From positions 22,940,001-23,004,000 of the forward strand of contig OZ024763.1 in NCBI GenBank assembly GCA_964016885.1: DNA of 64,000 bases, given 5' to 3'. The stretch is from Eledone cirrhosa. Its lineage: Eukaryota. A program made the position numbers and the translations under genes. The notes beneath the pieces are model-generated. The model worked only from the letters and a program-made list of their open reading frames with translations, did not search any database and was not told where the DNA came from. Positions 1 through 13,400 of the stretch are shown piece by piece (the stretch's first letter is position 1; each line of letters opens with the position of its first letter).

Positions 1-21
1 CTCGACTGTCACCACATATTA

Positions 22-60
22 TGAACCTGAAGATTGCGAAAGCATGAAAGTACTTGTTCA
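22..60 (+). ncRNA. Minimal type I hammerhead ribozyme motif
   Basis: tgaac-CTGAAGA-t-tgc-gaaa-gca-t-GAAA-gtac-TT-gttca: 5-bp stem I, GAAA-capped stem II, palindromic stem III (AGTACT). Confidence 0.82.
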
Positions 61-267
61 ACTAACACTTAGAATTTAATATTCTATCATACTATTTCAT
101 TATAATACCATTATATATTTTAAAGGATTGTAAATAAAACGAGTAAATCAGACAAAGTTGGAATTCCTCTTATTAATACACACATATATATACAGATGGA
201 TAGATATACAGATGGATAGATATATACAGATGGATGGATAGACAGATAAAATGTGGTGTTTACTTAC

Positions 268-410
268 CCTATAGGGTCGTTCCACATGAGTTCCCATGCA
301 AGGGGGCTCTCCTCTTCAGGATTAGGTAAGGGCACCGGGATACTGTTGATAACTTCCATTTTCCCATTGCCATGTATAGGGCTAGGGATACCACCATGAG
401 TACAGAAGAT
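268..410 (-). CDS. Phosphatase exon 17 (IFCTHGG...ELMWNDP)
   Basis: PPP HGG and WxDP motifs; ccag acceptor, gtaagt donor. Confidence 0.97.
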
Positions 411-3400
411 CTGGTGGAAAGATGAGGTAAGATTTTAGAAAAAAAAAATGGAATAAATATATCGTAGAACCAGAGGCAGGTTAAGCTAGTATTTGGAAAG
501 TAACTTAAAAATTTTTACTGTGAAAATACAATAGTATATATAGAGTAATGTAAATGGTATGGAGTTAAAACAAATAGTTTTGTATCATAGAACCAGGGGA
601 GGTTTCACGAGGTTTGGTATAAAAAGGGTTAAGTGTAGGATCTCACCTTTCCATCTATGACAGCAGATAAAGGCATACAGTCAAAGCATTCATTAACAGC
701 TGACCAGATCTTTTCTCCAACAGAATTACCAAATTTCGTGAGACACTCACTGCAATTGAGAGACAATTCTTGAAAATGAGAGGAAGAACAAACCCACTAA
801 AAACAAGATGATTATAACGAAGATCACAATCATTATTTTTACCCCTTCATTAGCACACTTTTAATGAAATACACTGCCTATGATTTTCAGATAATGTTAT
901 TTATCAAGAAAAAATAATATTTTTATTCTTTCAAAGGTTAATGTTTAACCCATCCATTACCATATTTCTAATTAAAACACACTGCCTAAGGTTTTCAAAT
1001 CTTTTTGAAAATAAACACAAATTTTATGGAATTTAGTAATATAACTTTCTTGTTATTAAGTCAGTGTTTGGAACATAACTCAACAAAGGTTCTTATATAA
1101 AATTATGATGGAAGATTTTAGATAAATATAAACAATTTAAACCGAATATTAATGGCATCTATTTCTCAATTCTCTGAGGCCCTATGAAAGCCATGGGTAC
1201 TGTCCCTCCCTCCAGATCTACCAAGTAACATTGATCTCTCTCTCTCTCTGGTCTCAGCGAGGCTGTGAAGGCCATGGGCATTGTCTCTCCCTCCAGACTT
1301 TCAAGGTTCCAATTGTCAAGGTTTGCTCTCTTCTGAACCCTCTTTGGGGGGGTCTTGGGATATTACAATCTTTGTGCATCCATTCTACGCCTCCTAGGAC
1401 AGGTCGCAGGCCCATTGTCAGTTTTTGTAGCATGAAATGGAGACTGCAAATACACTTTTAGAAACCAGCCCCTCTACCAAGTAAAAAAAAAACAAGAAAC
1501 CCCCCTCAAACAACAACTAAAGGAGCCATCGGTAAGAATCACTCACAGTTTGAAGTTGAAAACCTCCTGTATATTCCGAGTTTCATGGTTACCACGAAGA
1601 AGGTAGAATTTGTTCGGGGACAGGAGTTTTTGAGCAAATAAATAGGATACAACCTGAGAAAAATAAAATAGAAACATCTTAAGAGGGACATTCTTTGCAA
1701 ATTGGAGGATTTAAACATTTTTTTAAAATAGGGGTCCTCCTCCAAAATGATGGTTATCAACCCCACTTCTACCACCACCATGATCACTACTGCCTCCATC
1801 ATCACAACTATGACTACCACCACCAACATCATCACTACCAACTTCATCAGCATCACCACACTTCTACTACCATCAACACCACCCCGCTACTGCCATTATC
1901 ACCTAGACCCCACTAACACCACCATCGTTACCCTACTAACACCAACATCATCACTACCACTACAACAAACAGACAATAACATACTACCACCACCACCACC
2001 ACCATGTCATCACCACAAACTAGTACTACCACTACTAGAAAACCAGATAACATACCACCATCACCAACATCACTCCACTTCTACTGACACTACCCCCAAC
2101 ATTACCCCACCACACCACTCCCGCCACAGCACCACCACCATTACTACCATCCCCGCCCTACTACCCTCAACGATACCCCCCCCCCCCCACCACCACTATC
2201 AGGCAATAGTAATGTAACAACACACTTACTTCAATGCTATGCTCCCCTCTGTCTACATAGTCTCCCAGGAACAGAAATGATGCTGGGGTCAAGAGGGGAC
2301 CCATACGCCACAAAGACTTCTCAAATGAAACTAAGTCCCTGTAGTTGCCATGGATATCTCCTGCAAATTAGAAAATAAAAGGGGTCTTACTTCATTGAAA
2401 AATTAACCCATTTAACACTTTAAGGGCAAAAAGCCCCTTTGGTCACGAATGACCATGTTATTTGCACCTAGAAAGTTCTCCTCCGGGGAAAAAAGTCCAG
2501 GCAAGGTTTGTTTTGTGGAAGACCATCAGTCACCCATGCTTACCAGTCTCTCCTCTCTATGCCACTGATGATGTCCAAGGGAAAGGTAATGGCTGATACA
2601 GCTTGGCACCAGTGACTTCGGAACTCATTTCTACAGCTGAGTCAACTGGCGCAACTTGAAGTAAAGTGTCTTGCTCAAGAACACAACGCATCATCTGGTC
2701 TGAGAATCGAACTCACAACCTTCCAATTGCAAGCCCGACGGACTAACCACTAAGCCATGCACCTTCATTTAACCCTTTAGCATTTACATTACTCTATATA
2801 TACTATTGTATTTTCATGGTAAAGGCTTTATCTCACATAACATCAAAATCTGAGATTTTGATGTTATCTCACATAACATCAAAATCTGAGATTTTGATGT
2901 TATTTATTTTGAGAACAATACCTTAACATCAGTATGAGTGGCCAGTTTGAACAGAAAGCGGAGAGAGAATTCTGGCTGGTCATAGCTGGTTTGAACAGAG
3001 ACCATTATATATATAGACATCAACCGCTAGCATGGGTTAGACAAGTTGTCCCGTTGAGGGACAAGTCAGATCAGATGACCATGTCTTGCTCATACAGAGC
3101 TGTTTCTGGCTTGGTTTCTACGGCTGGATGTCCTTCCTAACATCAACCACACTTACAGTAGATATACACAGAGATACAGTGTACCTATTGTATACCAGAT
3201 ATACACAGGGAAACAGTGTACCTATTGTAAACCAGATATACACAGGGATATAGTGTACCTATTGTATACCAGATATACACAGGGATACAGTGTACCTATT
3301 GTATACCAGATATACACAGAGATACAGTGTACCTATTGTATACCAGATATACACAGAGATACAGTGTACCTATTGTATACCAGATATACACAGGGATACA

Positions 3401-6400
3401 GTGTACCTATTGTATACCAGATATACACAGGGATACAGTGTACCTATTGTATACCAGATATACACAGAGATACAGTGTACCTATTGTATACCAGATATAC
3501 ACAGTACCTATTGTATACCAGATATACACAGAGATACAGTGTACCTATTGTATACCAGATATACACAGAGATACAGTGTACCTATTGTATACCAGATATA
3601 CACAGGGAAACAGTGTACCTATTGTATACCAGATATACACAGGGAAACAGTGTACCTATTGTATACCAGATATACACAGGGATACAGTGTACCTATTGTA
3701 TACCAGATATACACAGAGATACAGTGTACCTATTGTATACCAGATATACACAGGGATACAGTGTGCCTATTGTAGACTTGATATACACAGAGATACAGTG
3801 TACCTATTGTATACCAGATATACACAGAGATACAGTGTGCCTATTGTAGACTTGATATACACAGGGATACAGTGTACCTATTGTAGACTTGATATACACA
3901 GGGATACAGTGTACCTATTGTAGACTTGATATACACAGGGATACAGTGTACCTATTGTAGATTTGATATACACAGGGATACAGTGTACCTATTGTAGACT
4001 TGATATACACAGGGATACAGTGTACCTATTGTAAACCAGATATACACAGGGAAACAGTGTACCTATTGTATACCAGGTACACACAGGGATACAGTGTACC
4101 TATTGTAGACTTGATATACACAGGGATACAGTGTACCTATTGTAAACCAGATATACACAGGGATACAGTGTACCTATTGTATACCAGGTACACACAGGGA
4201 TACAGTGTACCTATTGTATACCAGATATACACAGGGATACAGTGTACCTATTGTATACCATATATACACAGAGATACAGTGTACCTATTGTATACCAGAT
4301 ATACACAGAGATACAGTGTACCTATTGTATACCAGATATATACAGAGATACAGTGTACCTATTGTATACCAGATATACACAGAGATACAGTGTACCTATT
4401 GTATACCAGATATACACAGAGATAGTGTACCTATTGTATACCAGATATACACAGGGAAACAGTGTACCTATTGTATACCAGATATACACAGGGAAACAGT
4501 GTACCTATTGTATACCAGATATACACAGGGAAACAGTGTACCTATTGTATACCAGATATACACAGGGATACAGTGTACCTATTGTATACCAGATATACAC
4601 AGAGATACAGTGTACCTATTGTATACCAGATATACACAGAGATACAGTGTACCTATTGTATACCAGATATACACAGAGATAGTGTACCTATTGTATACCA
4701 GATATACACAGGGAAACAGTGTACCTATTGTATACCAGATATACACAGGGAAACAGTGTACCTATTGTATACCAGATATACACAGGGATACAGTGTACCT
4801 ATTGTATACCAGATATACACAGAGATACAGTGTACCTATTGTATACCAGATATACACAGGGATACAGTGTGCCTATTGTAGACTTGATATACACAGATAC
4901 AGTGTACCTATTGTATACCAGATATACACAGAGATACAGTGTGCCTATTGTAGACTTGATATACACAGGGATACAGTGTACCTATTGTAGACTTGATATA
5001 CACAGGGATACAGTGTACCTATTGTAGACTTGATATACACAGGGATACAGTGTACCTATTGTAAACCAGATATACACAGGGATACAGTGTACCTATTGTA
5101 AACCAGATATACACAGGGAAACAGTGTACCTATTGTATACCAGGTACACACAGGGATACAGTGTACCTATTGTAGACTTGATATACACAGTGATACAGTG
5201 TACCTATTGTAAACCAGATATACACAGGGATACAGTGTACCTATTGTAAACCAGATATACACAGGGAAACAGTGTACCTATTGTATACCAGGTACACACA
5301 GGGATACAGTGTACCTATTGTAGACTTGATATACACAGGGATACAGTGTACCTATTGTAAACCAGATATACACAGGGATACAGTGTACCTATTGTAAACC
5401 AGATATACACAGGGAAACAGTGTACCTATTGTATACCAGGTACACACAGGGATACAGTGTACCTATTGTAAACCAGATACACACAGGGATACAGTGTACC
5501 CATTGTATACCAGATATACAGTGTACCTATTGTAAACCAGGTACACACAGGGATACAGTCTACCTATTGTATACCAGATATACACATGGAAACAGTGTAC
5601 CCATTGTAAACAGTTCTTACGACATACAGGAATACAGTGTACTTACTCTAAACTGGATACACAAGAAAAGATTGTTAAAGATTGTACAAACCGAGTATGT
5701 AGGTAGGTGACTTTAATGACAGCAACCGCGATTCATATCTCAGAACATCTTTAATCTGAGAGCAAAGAATGAGCAAACACTTAGCGAAGGCATTGTAGTC
5801 GACAGCTCCCCATGAGAAGGCTTCCTGTAAGAGACAAAACTATGGACTAGAAAAAGGGTTGTGAGATTTGGCCCCCTAACTGACTATATTACATAACCTA
5901 TTGGACGAGACAGCTCCCTATGAAAAGGCTTCCTGTAAGAGAGAGACAAAACGCGCAGGGGAGATATTACTGGCCAGGGCTGGAGTGTCCCTGATGTTGG
6001 CAGGGGGGTCATGATGTTTGAGGTAAGGCGCTGACAAGACATCTGGTGTTGGTCAGAGCACAGCGTTGCTTGAGGCTAACATATGACAGGTCTGGGATTT
6101 ACAACAAAAAGCACCCAGTCCACACTGTAAAGTGGTAGTGTAGGTGTCACTACAAAGAGCGCCCAGTCCACACTGTAAAGTGGTAGTGTAGGTGTCACAA
6201 CAAAGAGCACCCAGTCCACACTGTAAAGTGGTAGTGTAGGTGTCACAACAAAGAGCACCCCGTTCACACTGTAAAGTGGTAGTGTAGGTGTCACAACAAA
6301 GAGCACCCAGTTCACACTGTAAAGTGGTAGTGTGGGTGTCACTACAAAGAGCGCCCAGTCCACACTGTAAAGTGGTAGTGTAGGTGTCACAACAAAGAGC

Positions 6401-7451
6401 ACCCAGTTCACACTGTAAAGTGGTAGTGTAGGTGTCACTACAAAGAGCGCCCAGTTCACACTGTAAAGTGGTAGTGTAGGTGTCACAACAAAGAGCACCC
6501 AGTCCACACTGTAAAGTGGTAGTGTAGGTGTCACAACAAAGAGCACCCCGTTCACACTGTAAAGTGGTAGTGTAGGTGTCACAACAAAGAGCACCCAGTT
6601 CACACTGTAAAGTGGTAGTGTGGGTGTCACTACAAAGAGCGCCCAGTTCACACTGTAAAGTGGTAGTGTAGGTGTCACTACAAAGAGCACCCAGTCCACA
6701 CTGTAAAGTGGTAGTGTAGGTGTCACTACAAAGAGCGCCCAGTTCACACTGTAAAGTGGTAGTGTAGGTGTCACAACAAAGAGCACCCAGTTCACACTGT
6801 AAAGTGGTAGTGTAGGTGTCACAACAAAGAGCACCCCGTCCACACTGTAAAGTGGTAGTGTAGGTGTCACAACAAAGAGCACCCAGTTCACACTGTAAAT
6901 ATGGTTGTCGTTAGGAAGGACATCCAGTAGTAAACTAGCCAGAAACAGTTCTATATGAGCAAGACATGGTCACCTGACCCAACTTTCCTCTAATGGGATA
7001 ATCCGTCTAACCCATGCTAGCGTGGAAAATGCATGTTAAACAATGATGAGAAAGGTGTGACGGACATAGCCGGAACACTTTTGACCAGAAGTCTGCTAGA
7101 CCTACACAACAAGCCCCTACCTCAGGTTTCTAGTAACTTACCTTACTTTCTTTGTTGTTGGTAGCATGTTTCTCCCTTTCAAAGTATCTCAGTCCAGTGA
7201 GCATTTCATTAGGGTGAGAACGCTGAAATAGAAACAATGGAGAGGATAGAAGACATTTATCTAACTACTATATATCATCAGTGTAAATGTGGTTGGTGTT
7301 AGGAAGGGCATCCAGCCATAGAAAACCTGCCAGATAGTCGTATACAAGCGAGACACAGTCACCCGATCAATCTTGCCTCAAGTGGGACAATTCCTGTCTA
7401 ACCCATGTTAGCGTGGAAGATGGACGTTAAACGACGATTATGATGATGATT

Positions 7452-7489
<38 letters not shown>

Positions 7490-10400
7490 TATACATACTG
7501 CTCTCTTGTTTAACGTTGGACAACAGAGATTTGATCCCTGTTGCGCAGTCAATAATTCCAGACTTGTCTAGGCATAGTCCCCCCCTTCACACGAGAAACT
7601 ATGTTGTGATATTATATCGCTAATTATTTGATAGGGGGATGATGATCCAAATAACGTTAGGTACCTTGTTGTTGTTAATCTTTCACTCCATCTCTATATC
7701 CCTCTCCTCATTGTTCTGATCCATTTTTCTCCTCACATCTCTCTCTATATATATATAAGCCTCTCATCTCTCTCTGCCTCTCACACTCTCCGTTTCATTT
7801 TGAGAACAATACCTTAACATCAGTATGAGTGGCCAGTTACGACTGGTGTGACCAGAAAGAGGTTAGAGAATTCTGGCAGAATATGGCCAGTTTAAATGCT
7901 AAAGGGTTAACAAAGGTTCTTAGATAAAATTATGATGAAAGGTTTTTAGATAAATATAAACACTTTAAAAGAGGGGCAGTTTAGTGTTGTTAAAAGAGGG
8001 GCAGTTTAGTGTTATTAAAAGAGGGGCAGTTTAGTGTTATTAAAAGAGGGGCAGTTTAGTGTTATTAAAAGAGGGGCAGTTTAGTGTTGTTAAAAGAGGG
8101 GCAGTTTAGTGTTGTTAAAAGAGGGGCAGTTTAGTGTTGTTAAAAGAGGGGCAGTTTAGTGTTGTTAAAAGAGGGGCAGTTTAGGGTTGTTAAAAGAGGG
8201 GCAGTTTAGTGTTGTTAAAAAAGGGCCAGTTTAGTGTTTTTAAAAGAGGGGCAGTTTAGGGTTGTTAAAAGAGGGGCAGTTTTCAGGTGGTTTAGTATGA
8301 AAAGGGGTCAAGTGAAGCTTTGTTGGGGGAGGGTTGGGGAGCTCCTCCTACCTGATTAAAAGAATCAACTGATGACATTCTCTGGACTCGTGTCATGTCC
8401 CCTTCTAAATGAAGTGTAGACGAGGCACTCACAGCTTCCGTACCTGTTTAGGAAGAAATTCAATAAATAGAGATAAAACAAAGAGATTTCTAATTCTCTA
8501 ATTTAGGCACAAGTTCAGCAAACTTTTGGGGGGAAGAGTAAAGTTGAATAAATCAACCCCAGAACTCAGAATGTAAAGGACCTGGACAAATACAGCAAAT
8601 GGATTTTAGCTGATGTTCTACTCCAGACATGTGAAGAGAGGTCCTCAGTCCTCTCAACCTTGTTTAACATAAAACTGCTTTTGAATAATAAAAGCCATAG
8701 TGAAAGAAGGGCATCCTGCTGTAGAAACCATGCTCCCAGTACAAGCTGTGACGTGGTTGGTGTTAGGAAGGACATCCAGCCATAGAAACCAAGCGAAAAC
8801 AAAGCGTTCAAGTGAAAGCTAGTCACCTGACTGATCTGGCCTCAGTACATGAGAGCTGTCTAACCCAGTCATTCTCAACGGTCTAAGTCTGTCTTAAGCC
8901 AGAAGTCTCGTTAGGCTGGTGCTTATCCCAATTTCATATCTTGAAGCAACTGAGAGTACAAAACTTTCCCTGGACAAGTAACCCATTGTAGGGTTAAAGT
9001 CTGTCTCAAACCAGGAGTCTCATCAGGCCATTGCTTATCCCGGTTACATGGTGTGAAGTGAGTGAAAGTACAAGACTTCCCCCTGGACAGGATGCCAGTC
9101 CATCGCAGGGTTAAACCTCCAGCTATTGCTGGTACTCATTTTCAGCTGAGTATACTAGAGCAACATGAAATGAAGTGTCTTGCTCAAGAACACAACATGC
9201 AACCCAACCCAGGAATCAAACCCAAGACATTATGATCGTAAGTCCAACAACCTTACCACTAGGCCACGTGCCTCCACTCTGATTCTCAATGTGGGCCTGG
9301 AGTTGTCAGGACTTATATTTTCTGCTACATTTGTTTTGTAAATAAAATATATTCGCTGTAACATCGAATTTCTATTTGTGCTTATGTGGGTGGGCCTGAA
9401 AGTGTCTTGACACCCAAAATGGGCCACAAAGAAGAAAAAGTTGAGAAGCACTGGTCTAACCCATGCAAGCTCGGAAAACGGAGTGTCTTACCTTCTAAAT
9501 CCCATATTGCCATGACATCAGCTAGAGTACCTGTACGTCGCACTTTCACAGTGTGTGTTGCAAGTTCATAGTTTTTCGGAGGTGGAGGCTGAGGTTTGTT
9601 GTTGCATAGTGTGTCGTCTGTGCTGTCACTATCACTAGCACCTGTTAAGACATGTCACAGCTATGAGTCTTAAGATGAACATGTTAAATTACAGTTTTAA
9701 AATATATATTAGACTTACGACATATTGAACCGAAGATTTTTATGATGCATGTATCAAAATAAGTTTTAAGATATATATTAGATTTACGACATTGGGCCCA
9801 AGACTTTTATGATGCATGTATCAAAATAAGAGTCTTAAGATATATATTAGACTTATGACATATTGGACCCAAAGGTCTTAAAATATATATTAGACTTATG
9901 ACATATCAGACCATATATTTTTATGATGCCTGTATCAAAAAAGGTCTTAATTAGGTCTTAATATTAGAGTTATTAAAAGGTCTTAATATTAGAGTTATGA
10001 CATATTAAACCTAAGATTTTTATGATGCATGTATCAAAGTAAAGGTCTTAAGATATATCCCAGTGTTATGATATACCAAAGATAAATGTAAGTCATATCA
10101 GAGTTATGACATATTATATTTCTAAATCCTTACAAATTCTTGATTATTTTCAAAATTATTTGAAAATCATAGAAATATGGTAATGGAAGGTTTAAAGTGC
10201 TTATATCTATCTAAAAACCTTCCATTATAATTTTATGTAAGGGTGGTGGATTGGCAGTATCGGTAGAGGGTCAGATGCCATGCATTGCAGCATAGAGTTA
10301 CGGCCCTTTATTGTCTGAGTTCAAATCCCGCCGAGGTTAACTTTGCCTTTCATCCTTACAGGGTCGATAAAATAAAGTACCAGTAATACACTGGAATAAT

Positions 10401-13400
10401 TGCTGGCCTTGTGCCAAAAGTAGAAACAATTATAATTTTATGTAAGAACCTTTAAGTTATGTTCCAAACACCAGCTTAATAACGAGAAAGTTAGTTATAT
10501 TACTAAATCTTTCAGAATTCTGGATTATTTTCAAAATCATAGGTAGTGTCTTTCATTAGAAATATGGTAACGAAAGAGTTAAAGTGCTTATATTTATCTA
10601 AAATCTTCCATCATAATATTATGTAAAAACTGTTGTTAAGTTATGTTCCAAACACCAACTTAATAACGAAAAAGTTATATTACTAAATCTCTTCAAATTC
10701 TTGGTTATTTTCCAAATGGATAGATAGACAGACAGAGTATGTAGACGTTGACAGCGGATGATTTAAAGCCTGCCTGATAGCCAATGTATGGTGTAAAGTC
10801 TTGACAAACTCACCGTCATGAGATACCTTTTGTTTCTTTGACGAACCGTCATCTTGGCCTGTCATCTCTGTGCTGGACCTATTACAATGTAGGGGAGATA
10901 AAAAGTATCAAAGATTGGGGCATTAATTTCCTGGTGTATAAAGTAGGTGTTATGAAGGGCATCCAACTGTAGAAACTATGTCACACAATATGTTGAGAGG
11001 ACCCTTCAGTTATGTCAAGGACATGACAACCTCTCTAGTGTTGGTGGCATGATATAATGTAACCGGTACACTCTGAAAGTGGTTGATATTAGAAAGGGTA
11101 TCCAGTTGTAGAAATCACGACAAACAAAGGATTGAAAGGTAAAAGGACTCCACAGGTGAGTCAAGGATACAACAACCTACCTAGAGCTAGTGTCACAATA
11201 AAATGCACCCAGTACACTCTGTAATGCGGTTGGCATTAGAAAGGGTATCCAGCCATAGAAGTTGGCACTGGGAAGGGTATCCAGCCATAGAAATCATGCC
11301 CGCCAAAAAGGAGAGCTCAGAGAAGTAAATATACAGGTAGCAACTGTGAGAACAAGAAGCAATGTAGTCTTACCTTTTGCTGTGTGTGTATATGGAGCGG
11401 GGTAGACGGAACAGGATTGAAGTCCCACGGAACCTTAGGTTGCCAACGGCTACCAGGAAGTTGTTGAGGGGAATACTGGAGTTCTCTGGATCAGACTTGT
11501 CATCATGAAATAATCTGGAGTTGGAAAACATATATATATGTGTGTGTGTGTGTATTTCTAGGGTGGGTAAAATTCCCGAGATCCATGGACGAGTTCTCTC
11601 CAGCGGTCTCTGTCCCTCATTATCGCTGCCATGTCCTGCGTCTCCAACAGACCAGTGTCTGTCCTTAGGGCATCAAGATATGTTAACCTTGGTCTTCCTC
11701 TTCCAGTGTGTCCATGCAGGGGATCCTGCAGGAGCTCCGGTTGCAGTGTCAACTCTGGATGTCGGTGAGCATGTCCAGCTAACCTCTGTGTCACTTTTGA
11801 GCTGACTTTTGGGAGACTCCCATACAGGTATGAGTTTTTCTTCCTCAGTGTATACTGATTAATGTTCAGAGCCACCCTCAGCATTCTCGTGTTGCACCCA
11901 TCCACCATCTGAGTGTGTATATATATATATATATATTAAAATTACAGATTAAAATTTAAGCAAAGAATTGCTGCACCCTTAAGGGTGAAAGCAGCGATTC
12001 TTTGCTTAAACGTTAATCTGTTATTTTAATAAATATTTGCTCTATGGTTTTATATATTTGGATATATATATTATCCCTATTGAGCCGTCTTCGGATTTTG
12101 TCTTCACATTTATTATTATTACTATATATACTATATATATATATGTGGTCGTGGAGGTGCCACGGCAAAAAAGCACCCAGCCCACACTGTAAAGTGGTCG
12201 TGTAGGCGCCACGAAAAAGCACCCAGCACACACTGTAAATGAGGTTGGTGTTAGGAAGGGCATCCAGCTGTAGAAATCAAGCCAAATCAGTTCCTGTATG
12301 AGCAAGGCATGGTCAGCCGACCAGACACTGCACACAACAGGACAACCCGTCTAACCCATGCTAGCATGGAAGAACGGACGTAAAACGGTGATGATGATGA
12401 TGATGATATATACATACATCCATACACAGGTTATATCATCACCATCATCATTACCGTTTAACGTCCATGTTTCCACACTGACACGGGGGTTATCCTGTTG
12501 TGAGCAATGCCAGGTCAGGTGACTATGTCTTGCTCATACAGAACCAAACTGATATATATATATATATATGATGGCTGCTCCCTCGTTATCGAGTATGGCC
12601 ATTGCACGATATACCATTATTAATAATTGTTTCTACTTTAGGCACAAGGCCAGCAATTAACCAGTGCATTACTGGTACTTTATTTCATCGACCCCGTAAG
12701 GATGAAAGGCAAAGTTAACCTCGGCGGGATTTGAACTCAGAATGGAAAGGGCCGTAACTCTATGCGTCAAAGCATGGCGTCCGACCCTCTACCGATACTG
12801 CCAATCCACCATTATTAATAATGGTGGTGGATTGGCAGTATCGGTAGAGGGGCGGACGTCATGCTTTGACGCATAGAGTTACGGCCCTTTCCATTCTGAG
12901 TTCAAATCCCGCCGAGGTTAACTTTGCCTTGTGCCAAAAGTAGAAACAATTATTAATAATTATCAATTAATGCTATCGTGCAATGCCTGTGCATGAAGAT
13001 TTTTTTTAAAGTGAGGAAAGACTGTGCACTGAGCCAATCCCACTCTCTGAGCAACAGTAGCTATAACCCGAAAAGAAGAAAAGATCAACATCATTGGTAA
13101 CTACTGAGCTGCAGTTTTTTGTCGGAGTCATCCCAGTTTCCTGAGTTGCCCTATCAAAATCTCGTAGATTCCATATTATGTGAGGTAAAGCCATGAAAAT
13201 ACAATAGTAAACATAGAGTAATGTAAATGCTAAAGAGTTAAAGGAGAAAAAAAAGAAAGAAGAATTGACTCTAGGATTAGACAGGTACCTTTTTTTCCTT
13301 TATCAAAACTCAAAAGGATGAAAGGCAAAATTGAATTCAGAGCGTAGTGAGCAAATACCACAAGACATTTTATCTGATGCTCTAACGACTCAGCCAATTC

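Noticed and set aside
1695-2217. His/Thr/Pro-rich ORFs
   Set aside because: Low-complexity trinucleotide tract in an intron
2563-2600. CTGATGA..GAAA in a SINE
   Set aside because: No stem II or stem III pairing
3253-5710. Long ORFs (YLLYTRYTQ...) in three frames
   Set aside because: Artefact of a 37-bp intronic minisatellite
10241-10340. tRNA gene
   Set aside because: Box B is present but it is a SINE head; no cloverleaf
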